64,000 nucleotides of DNA, from positions 144,763-208,762 of the forward strand of contig CAJNYD010000013.1 in NCBI GenBank assembly GCA_905331295.1, in the 5' to 3' direction. The stretch is from Rotaria socialis (Eukaryota). Below the pieces are notes generated by a model that was given only the letters and a program-made list of their open reading frames with translations, did not search any database and was not told where the DNA came from. Position 1 is the stretch's first letter; each line of letters begins with the position of its first letter. Positions 30,573 to 46,281 of the stretch are shown piece by piece. Both the position numbers and the translations under genes were made by a program.

Positions 30573-31541
30573 CCATCAATTAATAGCGCCCTATTCTAAT
30601 ATATCCGAACTATTTCTTTCTTGCATAACTGAGGGAATAGATGGTGAATAATATTTTTTGTTCCAAAAATGAATAGATTATTAACATTGAATTGTGCATT
30701 TTAATCCCAGAATAATTTCACTGGCAATTCTTTTACTTGAGACGACCATTCTCGATTAAAATTTTATTCAATTGGTGAATAGAATTAAAATCCAAGCAAT
30801 CGGAAGACTTTGATTGATTGAAATTATGATTTTTCAGTTTGTACAGAGAAATGAGTAAGGAGCACCCATACCGATTCTGTAATTGAGTTTTTTTTCTGCA
30901 ACTTGTTTTTATGCTACTTGATGTAAAACAAGGTAATATTTTACGGGACAAAATTTAATGATTGGCATCGCAAGATGAAGGTTTTACTTTGAGGGGGAAG
31001 AAAATACACAACATCAAATAATTGATTTTTATTATGTTTGAAGAAAATTTTGTCTCATGCAATTTATTTTGACAATGTCTAAATGTTATTCTTGTTTTCT
31101 TTTCTTTCTAATCGAATTTGTGAGTTTATGCCAATTGATGCATAGACATGAAAGTAAAAGAATAAATTCTGTTGTTAATTACATACGTAAAACAACAAAT
31201 AAAATTTGTTTCTGCCTTTGCTGCGTTCTTTTTTTCTTTATGAAAACGATGCTTACTAGTAAATAGATGACAGATCAAACAAATTAATAGGGATCCAGTA
31301 GAGTTTCATTTATTTTCAATTTCAGTTCAAAGTTGATTTGAAGAGAGACAGAGAAAGAAAGAAATCTAAATTCCATTTTACTGTTGATTGTCTTTTTTTT
31401 TCGTCTACTCTATGGTTCCTTACGTTAACTTACTCAGTTTTATTTATTCGTTGTTTGTACGCATGTTTCTAGAGAATCATACTTTTTTTTTGCGTCAGCA
31501 ATAACAGAAATAGACCAGCTGAGTGATTAGGAAAAACCAAC

Positions 31542-32306
31542 ATGGCCGATTATGAATATTATTATGAGCAATATCGTCGTGCGACAAGAAGTCCAACAAC
31601 TCCTCAACGAGATTTAGTTGATTTTCATTCAACAGTATCTTCATCGACCTATCATGTTTGGTCTGGCGTTATGAAACGACCTATTACAACAACTTATATT
31701 GACGGCAATGCTTTGCTAGGTCTTACTGAACGTCCAAATACTGTCAAAGGCTCATTTCCAAAAGGAAAAAGTCGACGAAAGCCTACTGTAACAATTGAAA
31801 AAAAAGTAGTGAGTATTTAATAGAATTTTTCAATAGAATAGTTTGTCGGTTTGTTTATTTTCGTTAAGAATACGGGTGATGCTTTCATATCCTTGGTACC
31901 GGTTGATAAGATAAATCTAGATCTAGCTACAGTTCGATCAGAAAAAACTCGATCACCTCTGTCAATGGCAACGGTACCGCAATCTGCAACTGCACGTGAT
32001 ATACGACAAAGAAGTGCTGATACTCGAAGCACGCGAATATATAGCGCTGCTACGACTATGTTTGACGATGAGAAAAGTGAAGCAAAATTTTATGGGCGCT
32101 GTGCAACATCACACACAAATAGTGCCTGGGTTCAACGATATAAATCAATAAATGAATCACAAGCACTCACAGATCTACTACGTGATCAAACATTTAAAGA
32201 TAAAATTTTACTTAAAAAACTACCAGCTCAGTACTTATTTCATTCAGCGTCGACAGCATCAGGATTTACTTCTGCATTCGTTAGACGTAAACGAGTAAAA
32301 TGTTGA
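31542..32306 (+). CDS. Uncharacterised ~234-aa Ser/Thr/Arg-rich protein, 2 exons
   Basis: ATG in an A-rich context. A phase-0 intron at 31809-31868 (GTGAGT...TAAG) joins the two tracked ORFs without stops. No recognised domain. Confidence 0.75.
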
Positions 32307-35064
32307 TCGAGATTATATATTTACACTGCGAAAAGAAAAGATACTAACTCCGATCGTGTTTGTTTTCTTCTTATCAATGCAAAATTTTCCGTTGAAGAAG
32401 TATTGTTTTATTTTACGTAGAACGTTGAAATTTTTTTTTCTGTTTAAAGAAATCTCTGAGTTTTATGAAGTTTAATCTTGTCAATGTACATAGTTTATAA
32501 TTAATGGTTTAATACGTGAGTGAACCAGTTATATGCATCATTATTATATTAATTTCATGTAATATTTCTATTTTACTAATCCTAATTAACAACAAATTTT
32601 TATCTAATTTGGATTTATCGAAAACAAAAAACACTACACGATGGTAACCAGTGATCTCAAATGCTGATCTTTTGTTTTTATTTTTATTTATTAAATCAGT
32701 CATTTGATTCATTTACAATGGCATCAATCAGGAATTTGTATCTTTAATTCATTATACGAATTCGATCAGGCACATGAGCACAACCAAACACGTGAGGTAA
32801 AATGTTGAGATGATTTTTGAAATATACGGATTTCGTATATTAAAATTATAATCCTTAGTGAATACATATATATATTTATTCATTTGAAACAAGGGAGAGA
32901 AAACAAATAGAGATATCAGTCTCAAGTTTTTTACTTTCTTCATTATCGATCTTTGAGTCAATGCGTATAGAAATCATTGTGAAGCAATTCGGAAGAGCAA
33001 AAAATATTAAACAGTCGGATGAGGAAGTTTCCTTTGCCAGCTTTAGCTGATTATCTGAAATGACAAGATTTTTATTAGGAAATCTAATCCCATTCTGTCA
33101 AAAGTCTCTTCATGCTCTTAGTGTGATTTGTATGTATTGACTTAGCGATGGCTTACATCTTAATTTTGTTGCACATTAATCTTATTTCTAATCGTTTAGC
33201 CTAGGAAAAAATTTATTATTCAATGCAGCATATAAATAAACTGTTCTCGGAGAACAAAGCAAAGTAGTCTTTTTGATTGAATCTGTCAAATAAGCAGATG
33301 GGATGATGTTCTACAGAACTTTGTCGAATATTTGAAAAAAAAGAACATCATCAGGTGTGTGTTATTTATTTCTCGGAAGAGAATTTAATTGAGTGAATGT
33401 ATGAGTGATCGAGCCAATCTGAAAATCTGTATAATAGAAGCGATGTCAGCTCTTTTCAGTTTAAATTGTGATCAATTTTATGGGTTCCATTAAAAAAATA
33501 AAATTACAAGATTGATAATATAAAAAAAGATTTATTTTTCTTTATCGATGTTTTTTCAAACAAGCAACATTTATTTCTAGTTTGCAGCGCGGTAAAAAAA
33601 TGCCTGTCAACTTCTTATTAAACATCAATAAGGAAACAGAATAGTGAGAGATAGTAGAATTTTTTTTCTAGACTTACAATTGTTGTTTTGGTAACTAGTT
33701 TTAGGATATATTAGATATCATTTGACTATTTGATGGCTAGAATTTCAAGTAAATTTATATTCAATCAAGCGCCGGTGTTTATAGTCTTAGGCCCGACAGA
33801 CACTAAAATAAGAAATAAACTTTCAATACCCTAGAAAATGGAAATATGCGATAAAATTTCTAAATTATATGAACAAGTATGTCACTCACAAATTGAAAAA
33901 CCTTAGATAGATTTGGACGATCAAATTGCTCATGAGCAAATCTTTTCAAAATCATCTAGAGGATGTTCATGGCTTTTGAACGTCGCTCTTTTTCAATGAT
34001 ATTTGCTCATGAAAATAAACTAGAAAAGAAGAAATTACGATTATTCAGCATCGTATATTTATAATGAATATTGGGTGATGAAACTGAAATAGAAGCATCA
34101 ACAGCTGTTACAAATATGATGGAAATTTGCTGAGAACAAATAAATCCTAGCAACATCTAATGGTACAAAACAAGCAATTAATTTTTCTATCAAGTCTTCT
34201 TTTCTAAACTTTCTCGTTCATTAGCCGTCGTCTCCCTACAACTTCACTATGGATACTTATTTTGTCAACTGTTATTTGCCTATTCTCTACAACCAAGAAC
34301 TCCTGTTGTTCAAGTCTTTTCGCCATTTTTCTGTTTGCATTGAAAGCTTATTTGTGAACGTCCACGAGCAATGTTATGAAATTCATGTTTTCAAGATAGC
34401 AACTAAAACAGAAGACGAATAAATTAGAGAGAAGGTTCATGGGAGCTCTAATTTTTGCATCTTAGAAAAAAACCAGAAAACTTTGATAAAAAGCTTGGAT
34501 ATTGTACCTGTAAAAGTCACATCATGTTTTTAGCAACAATTATTTTGAACGTTTAGTTTGATCGAACAGAGACAAGCTCGATATAAATTATCTAGTATAG
34601 TTAATTATTGGCACGGAATTAGAAATTCGTTGGACATCATGTTATATTTATGATCAGAGGACACATTAAATAGCATTTGACTTCATAAGGTGACACTTTT
34701 CGTTGATGTTGCTATTTAAATTGTCAAACTAGCATAAACCAGATGTAATTTCAATTTCTATAATAGAAATATAATTACCAAAATTGTTCAAACCTTCATT
34801 TATGTTCAAAAATAGATTTCATCAAGAAGAAAGCATTAACCGTATATTTTTGTGACAAACATTGAACGCGACAATCACCTGCATAATATCAAACAAACGT
34901 ATTTGCCGATTTTATGTATTGAATGATTTATTGATCAACTGCATTTTCAATAACTTCTGCTATATTTTAGGAACATTCTTTTTAAGTATTGACTTAATTA
35001 TTTCTTCTCAGCGAGTATAAATATGTCTTACTCATAATCAGTTTTTGATTGAATTCAAACAAAA

Positions 35065-36652
35065 ATGTTAGTCTTGGTGCTGGTCATCATTTTTATTATG
35101 CTGAGCATAAGTGTCATACGAAACAAAGTAAGCCATTAATAGAAATAAAAGAAAATCTTAAAACGCTTGTATTTTATTTAGAAATCCAATGATAATGAAA
35201 ACAAAACATCGCCGATGACGGTGCCTTATGGTCCTCGTTCATGGCCAATTTTTGGTAACATTCTTCAATTAGGTTACCGACCCTATGAAACATTATCCCG
35301 CTGGTCGAAAATGTCTAAATACGGTCCCATGTTTAGACTTCAACTTGGCTCGCAAACGGTTGTTGTACTCAATTCAGCGCCACTCATACGTGAAGCATTA
35401 CATGGCCATAGCGAAACATTTGCTGGACGACCATATCTTCACATGATTCATGAAACATTGCATGGTAAAGGCGTTATATCGGCTCCATATGGTCGAGAAT
35501 TTCACGAGCATAAAAATTTTCTTATAAAAAGTTTCAATCGATTCGGCCGTCGACGACGATCATCCTTGGAAAGCGGCTGTCTTGATCAAGTGCGTTTTCT
35601 CGCTGAAAAAATTCGTGAAAATCAATCGATACCATTTAGTATTGGCAATATGTTAAGTCAAATAGCATGCAATAATATTTGCAAGCTTACATTTGGTGGC
35701 TATTTTGAAACAATGAACATGAGTAATTTATTTGAAAAAATTAACGAGAATTTTAATCAAACAGCAACAATAGCATGCTTCAATTTTTTACCATTTACAA
35801 GAATGTTTCGAAAGAATATCTTTGCAAATGTCAACGATTGTAATCGTGTTATACAAAAATTAGTTGGAGAGCGTGAAAATAATTTTGACAATGAATTTAT
35901 TACCAATATAGTGGATGCATATTTGGATGAAATGACCGGAAATCGACAACAAAGTACTTATTTCTCAAAAGAAAATCTTGATGCACTTGTGCAAGATCTA
36001 TTTGTTGCTGGTACAGAAACCATATCGAATACGTTGAATTGGGCCATTTTTTATATTGTTGCACATCCAACTATACAAAAAAATATTCATGAAGAAATCG
36101 ATCATGTCATTGGCAAAGACCGACCACCATGCAATAGTGACCGTTCTCGAATGGCTTATATTGAAGCTGTTTTACTTGAATCTATGCGTTGTCATTGTGC
36201 TGGTCCCATATTACTTCCACGAGCAACAACACAAGATATCACTTTTCATGGTCATTTTATTCCAAAAGATACATTTATACTTGTTAATATGTGGTCAGCA
36301 ATGAAAGATGAACAGTATTGGCCAGAACCAGAAAAATTCGATCCGGAACGATTTCTAGATGAGAATCGTCAATTACGTAATGTTAATCATCCTGCTATGA
36401 TGCCATTTAGTGTGGGAAAACGTGCTTGCACAGGTAGAAATTCATAATTTTTTTCTAAAAACACAAAACATTTTGTTTTTCGTTTTTATAGGCGAACAAA
36501 TTGCAAAAATTCAATTATTTCTGGTATTGGTCAGTCTATTTCAAAAATTCGAATTTCGTTTTGCAAATGGCTGGATTCCCAACGATCTTCGTGGTCAACC
36601 TGGTATTACCCTCCGTCCACCAAAATGCCAATATGAAGCTTTTGTCCGTTGA
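35065..36652 (+). CDS. Cytochrome P450, CYP2 clan
   Basis: N-terminal anchor exon (MLVLVLVIIFIML), PYGPRSWPIFGN, I-helix DLFVAGTET, ESMR (ExxR), DPERF, heme motif PFSVGKRACTG|E. Introns at 35128-35181 and 36434-36491. Confidence 0.96.
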
Positions 36653-37240
36653 ATACCTATCAAACAGAAAATAACCTTTTCAATTGTATCCTCCTGTATG
36701 CTTCTTTATTTAGTTTTTGACGTCTCTACTAGAGACTGTCAAAGGGCACTTCTTCCTTGCCTTGAGGGCAGGAGAAAGCAATAGATGCATTGCCCTGATT
36801 ACTTTTTTTTCTGTACAAAGTCGTATAAGAGGTTTTTCACTTCAGTCAATTGTGTTTATATTGCGATCAAAAAAATAAATGTGATTGTACTCTGATCAGT
36901 AGGATGTTTGCCATTACATCTCATTGCACAAATATTCTTTTTGATATAGATTACTCTTGAATTATGAAACTTTATTGTGCTTTCTGCTTCAATCAAACAA
37001 TTTTTGTATAACTTTGCTTTCTTGGAATCTAATGGTTTCGACTAGTCGTTAGTTCTTGATTTGTTTTTGTATAGCTTGATGGTACTCCCCAAATATGTAC
37101 TATATAAAATTTTCCGGCTCAAACATGCACTTCATGTCATAAATAAGTCTATGAGTAATTTAAGGTATTAAATTATGCCCATTTAACAAGCACTACATAT
37201 GTGATACATTTATCGGAGACTTAGAATATGGCATAAAATA

Positions 37241-40077
37241 CAAAGGGGAAAGGCGGATTCCGGGATTCCGGTGGGAATTCGGGAATCCCTGGAAGCCCAT
37301 GAATTTTCGGAATTTTTATAATAGCAAATGATATTCCAGAAATTCATATTTAACTTCTACGATCATCACTCAAGTCCTGAAAATCTGATAGAACTTAGTG
37401 TCAAGGGTTCATTGCTTTATCAAATGGCTTGAAAAGCTGCACACAACTATTGAGGAAAATCATTTCCTAGGCGAACTTTTTTTTCATATGCTTGATCTGT
37501 TCAGATATCAAGATTTGTCCAGAGCACACGACACTCTTGCTCCTAATGCTCATGTATTTCATACGCATACGCCAAGGTAGTTCACTAGGGTTATCTATTT
37601 TAAAATTCTAGGCGTTTAACCTAATTAGATGGGTACCAAGTTCATTTTGGCAACGCGACAGTTTACTTTCTTATTTTTAAGAGAAAATGTTCGAAGTAGA
37701 ATAACAAACAGCAGCAAGCAATAAGATAAATCAATGAGATACAAGAAATTTGTTGAATCAAATGAATCTATGGCATCTTATATGTAACTTTTTGTTCGTT
37801 CCGTAATCTGACAGTTGAACATGCTTAAAGCAATCAGGTAGCAGCACAGCCTTTCTGTCGACTAAAAGATAAGAGGCTCTATCTATGACTGTATTGTTTT
37901 TGGCATTAATTCTGACACAAAAAAAATAGTTTGAAAGTGAAGAAGAAGTTGGTTCGGAGACTCTTATTGTATGAAACTGAGATTTATCGCTAGTTGACAA
38001 ACAAGACAAATTATAAATTTTGTCTTAGGATCAGCTACATTTTTCTGATTTGGATATAAAAAAGCAACATTATATTTAAAATACTAGTTTAACTCTCGAT
38101 CTAATGACTTGTAATGATTTTCGTCAGATTAGACAATACGGTTTTTTCTACACTAGATTAGTATATCTGATCTATTTTGTTTTATCACAGATTCTCTTGT
38201 TTTCTTCTAAACAAAATTAAAATCAAATCTGGAAAGAAGATTATAGGCTCGATTGCAAACTTGACAAATAGTCTTTTTAAAATTATCACAAACGAGAAGA
38301 TGATGAGATCATTTTGAAGCTGATTGTTTCGAAACCATCTTTTTCCTATCTTGTGTGACATTTTTGAAAACTTTAATAAAAAGTTCAACACACTGCTCTT
38401 GGGTAGGAACAAAACAGATTCTACATGCACTAGAATGTCTGAGCTTCGCCCGGATATTCAAGATCTTCATCGAGTTCCGCATCTCTATCCTTTTTGTTTT
38501 CTAGCTGTCTGCCTTTTTTTCGAAGATTCAATTATTGGCTCTAAGCCTGCTTTGAATTGCGAAAGTCAAGGGATATTTATTGTTCCACAGAAGAAAAATA
38601 GTCCAGTAATCGCTAAGTTCAGACAAATTTTTTCATAAGATATGCATCAATACTAGAGGCAAAAAAGCTCTTGTTTTATTTTCCTTTGCCCGTGAAAGGA
38701 CAGTAAAAATCAAAGTAATATCGATCAGAACCAACCCGTTACATTTTCTCATTAATCATGTCTATTTTATTAAACAAGCCGGATAATGAACTAATATAAG
38801 CTCATCGGTTAGTATAATGTTCCAATCGTTTGGTAAAAAGTCAATAAATTATTTACCCGTTTTTTTTTTGTATTAATATTGACGGATAAATCATTATTGA
38901 TCAGTCTAGGAAGAATAGTGTTGATCGCAGAACTACGCCTTACTAAGTATTGAATAGAATGAAAGGACCGCAAGTTCGTCTTCGGAGCTAGTCCCTTAGT
39001 TCAATCGCACCTATATATGTTATGTCAAATTTTAAGTTGCAGTCCGATTCATCCTTCTTTGAATCAATATGAGCGTTATTCTACAAAATGTTTGAGATCT
39101 CTCACCTAATTGAACTGTATAAATAATCATACTAGATGTCACGATTAAGATCACATTATTTCGTTAGAAATCAGTAGCTTCTATACCCTCAGAACGTTCA
39201 GTTTACGATATCGACGAGGATGATGATCTACGTCATTTTTGTCCATCCCCACGAAATATTCACATCCACACCCTTATTTTCCATACCACTACGTGGTTCT
39301 CTTAAAGGAACGGGTTTCAAAATACAAAATGAGCGAATTGATATTTGTTATGCATAAGCACGAGTTATGATTTCAGTGTTGTTCAGACATATAATTTAAG
39401 TATTCCTTGGATATTCATTGGATTCCCTGGATTTCTATTTGGTTCCAGGATTCCCATGGGATTCGAAATCTCGAGAACCCGCCAATTCCCCCTTGAGTTG
39501 CATCATAATTGAAAGACTTCGACTTTTTTCTTAGATTTCACTCTACATACGAATTGCTTTTTTTTATTTATATGTATTAACTAGAATAGTTCAATAATAC
39601 GCCGTGAAGACAATTTTTTCAGAACTTTTGCGCATAGGGCTGCATTATAATTCGTCTCGACTGAAGACACCCATGTCACCAAAATCACGACTATTTTCGC
39701 GACATGCGCAGGCGTCTTACTAAATTTTCTAAGCATGATAATTATATACATCATTCTGTTTTATGTATGCAATGTAGATATACATGCAATTCATACCATC
39801 AAACGCATAAACCAGATTCGTGTCATAAATCAACATGTTACAATTTGTTTTCTTCGGTGATGAGAATTACGAATTTCACAAGAATTTGTATTAAACTTTT
39901 TACGACAGGAAGTCCTTGTTTCACAGCAGCTAGCTTATCTGTATAGTTTGTTTTGTAAATTGCTTCGATTGATACTTTTATTAATCCAGAATATAAATTA
40001 TATTTTCTGGATTTCTCATGGGATTCCCAAGATTTTTGTGGGATTCGGAATCCTGCGAACTCGCCTTTTCCCCCTTG
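37241..40077. mobile_element. 2.8-kb non-autonomous TIR DNA transposon (8-bp TSD; hAT or P superfamily)
   Basis: Left TIR CAAAGGGGAAAGGCGGATTCCGGGATTCCG; right TIR (reverse complement) CAAGGGGGAAAAGGCGAGTTCGCAGGATTCCG. Perfect TSD ATAAAATA at 37233-37240 and 40078-40085. Only fragmented ORFs inside. Confidence 0.85.
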
Positions 40078-41273
40078 ATAAAATATCTGATTGATTATTT
40101 GTTTAGAAGATGATTGCTCGCAGAACACATTCTGGCAGATGAAATTGAAATATCTACTAATGAAAGTGGTGATTATCTAGATTAATTAAAGACGCAGTAA
40201 AAATAAATGTTCTGGAAAAATAACTGTAGAAAACGCATTTGAGAATAATAAAAGTCTTGTTTATAAAGAAAAACAAACTATTTTCAGAAACTGGACAAAA
40301 TTTTCTACTCAAATTATAAAACGGAATCGAAAACATTTATTTTCGAAAATTGATTTTGAAACCGGTGTAACAATTTCGAGTGTATAGGACGACGATTTCC
40401 TGACTTCTTATGGATGATATTGGCTCGTCTAAAACTAATATTTTAGCAGTTCGAAGATCCAGTTCTACAACAGTGATTCATAAAGGGTTTAAGAAAACTT
40501 TTCTTAAATAAAGTCAATGCCAATACATTCGGCAATGTTGATAGCACTGGCAGCTGCATTGATTTTGGCATACCATCGGACGTAAACAAATGCGATGTGA
40601 ATACTTGACTTGAAAGTAGTCAACTAGGTTCCTTCGAGTAATCACTCTTGTAAAACATAGGTTCTACTCATAAGTACTTATTTTAGAGCAAAACCGAAAA
40701 AATATCTTTGTGATGATCTCCAGTCTAGAGCTCTGCATCATTGAACACTAGCAAACAACTGCTCGACACTTGGTGTAAAGCTCAAAATCTTTTCAATTGA
40801 TAAACAAAGTAATCTATTAAAAAATCATTCGTATTATTGTCAACAACAATAAGCAATTGAGTATTGTAGAAGTTTGCAGTTTTTTGTTCGTATTTCATTT
40901 ATTACTTTTTTTTTAATTAAAATTACAAATTAGTTCAGTTAGTTGTCTATTTAATTTTACTTCATTGAATAAATAAACTATTTGCCAGGCAAAACCAAAA
41001 AACCAATGATCTAGGGATGTATTTTTTTAAATTTTATTCAATATGATGGAAGGAGAGTAGAAAATAGAGAGATAGACAAATGTGCCAAATTAAACTAGAG
41101 AAATGAAATAACAGATAGAATAAACGAGCGGGTATTGTTTGAACAGATTACATTCAGATGACAAATCTAATATTTTCTTTGATTTGTTTTTCTTCAAAGA
41201 AAAAAACACGACTCCGGAGAAAAGTGACTGTCACTACTATTAAAAATGGCACAGTCCTAGACATTGTTCTAAT

Positions 41274-43524
<2,251 letters not shown>

Positions 43525-45189
43525 GTTTTTTATTCAAATATTGTTGTTCGTGGTTATATGTGAATAAAAAAAAATAAGCAAAAGAAACGAGAACGATGTG
43601 TACAGACGAGTTTCACAGCAGAGGCATCACAGAAAGATTGATGAAAGATAGGCGAAAAAAGTTTATTCAAAAAAACGAAATAATATAATTTTCTGTTATA
43701 AAAAATTCCTTAGATTTTTTCTTAACTAACTGATTTAACGATATAGAAATTCATCATAGAGGTCACTTACATTCATAAGCTAAATGGATTGGTTCTATTC
43801 GTTCCATCTGTCAATCATTATTCATTGAGAAAACTAGAAGTCTCATTCTGTGAAAGAGAAGGACTTCAACAAAATGCATTAGACTAAAAGCAAATAAAAA
43901 AAATAATGTTCTCAATGAAGATCACCATTTTTTAGGCATTGTTTTCGTGTTTTTGAGAAATTAGAACATTGTGACGTAGTGTTTTCCGTAATCACTCTTG
44001 GGTCAGGTTTGAAAACATATTTCCTTCATCGGTCGATCAAAAACAGTCTATCTTCCTTTACTCTGAACATTATTTCATGTCCAAATTAATTATGAATGTA
44101 TAAAACAGTGAAATTCTGTTTTTATCCACAAATAGAATAGCAATGCAACGGATATCTTCTTTTGGTCATCCGTCAATATTGAAAATATGTTTTTTTTCTA
44201 TAGAGATAATGTGATTTTTAGCTTTTTTAAACATTGAATTATGAAGTAATTGTTAGTGGACTTGAAAAAAGAGCATCGAAATTTCTATCGTATTCGAAAT
44301 TAAATTGTTTTAGTTAGATTGATTCTTCTTTAGTATAAAATAATATCAAAAGAGAACTATACTGTTGGATTACTTATACTTTCTTCCCAAGATCTTTTTA
44401 ATACGAAAATTTCCATAATTATCTATGGCATCGTAATAGTTCCAGAAGAACAAGAAAGTCTGCCCACTCTATTAATGTAACCAATATGATCTTGTTGTTT
44501 ATATTGGAACTTAAAATACACGGCTTTTAAGATTTATATTAAAGATATCGTTTTGAGAGATCTTAATTGAAAGTAAACGTATAAATTTGGATTTGTTCTT
44601 TGCAAAAAAAACATCTTAACATTAACTATGTTGATTTCTTTTTTTCTTCTTACTTTATCAAGAAAACGAATTGAAGATTTCTTCTCTTATCAATTGTATA
44701 TTCAAAATTTCACTACTGCGAATATTTATTTTGTTTTTGTAATTGATAAACGAGCAACACAATTGTGACTTAGATGAACTAAAGAAATCTTGCGAATTTT
44801 TTATTACTTCGCGTATACATATTCTTGTTTCGTTATTCGATATTTTTAACGCTTTCGACAGTGGTTTCACAATGAAAACATCATGAACATATGTAATCAT
44901 AAGTTTGCCCGTATTTTTCTTATAGAATTGGTAAGAAACGAATATTTCCACCTCTAGAGATTATCCAACAGAACTGCAACAGAGGATATTTTAATTTTAG
45001 AAAAAAATTATAATTTCTTCTGTTAGGTTGTGGCAGCTTGAATTGGCACCATTGTCTATGAAAAGAATACTCATCAGTATCCATTCAGTTACATCCTCGA
45101 AGGTCTTGCTTATTTACAGAAAAAAAGCAGCATTTTAAATATATATACGTATTTGAACGGAATACTGAACATCGAAATGACGCATGAAT

Positions 45190-46227
45190 CACCATAACAA
45201 TTTCAGAGTATAATTAGTCGATAGAATTCTCAGCAAAATGTCTCTGCCAAGTGTTCAAATACCATTTACAGTAAGGTTGAGCGTAGTCAGTGTCTGTATA
45301 AGAAACCCGCATAGTGAAAATTCAAATGGCCAGAAAAAAATTTTCATTGTGTTATCAATAGGACCATTTGCAAGATATTGTGCTCCCTCATCTGCGATCC
45401 CATTGAAATCAAAGTTCAATGTGGTCAAGGTCTACATAAAAACTTAGAACAATGAAAAACTAGCTAGGTAAAACGTACTATTCTACTGTGCTATTGGTGA
45501 GAACGTTTGCAAGAAGTTGTACTCCTTTGTATCCAATACTATTGCCATGAAGTTACAGTATTTGAAGCGTCTGTTCAAAAGGTAGTTATAAAGAACGATG
45601 AGGCTAGAGAAAATAGTGATTTGCTTTGTTGTTGGTGATAACAGATGCAATGTGTACCATTTCATTAACTCCGATTCTATTCCTACCAATATCGAGTTCT
45701 GTAAGCGTCTATGCAGAAATTTGAAAGTGGGAAAGACAAATTTAGCAAAAATAAAAATGTACAACCACGTTTTCGGTGAGAGCATTAGCAAAGTTCTCAC
45801 GTAGTTAGTGTCTACGTAAAAATTTGAATAACGAAAATTAAGTTAAGTAGAAACGAATATCTTACCACGTTTTTTTATGAGAGCATGTGCAAGACATCGT
45901 ACTCCATCATCACCGATTGAATTGGCATTGAGCTTTAGAGTGGTGAGAGTCTAGATGAGAATTCGAGATAAGAAAGCGCAATATGAACTGTAAATTATGA
46001 ATACCTTGTTCATAGTCAGAGCAGTGGAAATGTGATGTTCACCTTTATTTCCGATAGTATTGGTACGAAGGTCAAGCATCTCCAGAGCCTGCGAGAACAA
46101 ACACAATCATGCAAGATAAATTAAGTGGAAAACTGATTTTTACTGTGTTGTTTGTGAGAACTTTTGTAAGATGCAGTGACCCATTCACTTCAATCATATT
46201 GCTACCAAGATCCAGTGTAGTAAGAGT
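45190..46227 (-). pseudogene. Ribonuclease-inhibitor/NLRC3-type LRR pseudogene, 8 tandem exons
   Basis: Acceptors at 46227, 46088, 45950, 45811, 45708, 45570, 45431 and 45293 each begin a 28-aa repeat (e.g. TLTTLDLGSNMIEVNGSLHLTKVLTNNT). Lesions: +1 A in exon 3, a 38-bp deletion in exon 4, in-frame stops in exons 6 and 8, and a lost GT donor after exon 7. Confidence 0.9.
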
Positions 46228-46263
46228 CTATATTAAACATCGAAATTGCGATAAGCAAATTTA

Positions 46264-46281
46264 GGTGTGGGTGTGGGTGTG
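46264..46281 (+). repeat. Interstitial (TGTGGG)n telomere-like tract
   Basis: GG TGTGGG TGTGGG TGTG, three repeat units in total. Confidence 0.5.

Noticed and set aside
33900..34420. Coding-like fragments with stops
   Set aside because: Could not be assigned to any family or joined into a consistent exon structure.
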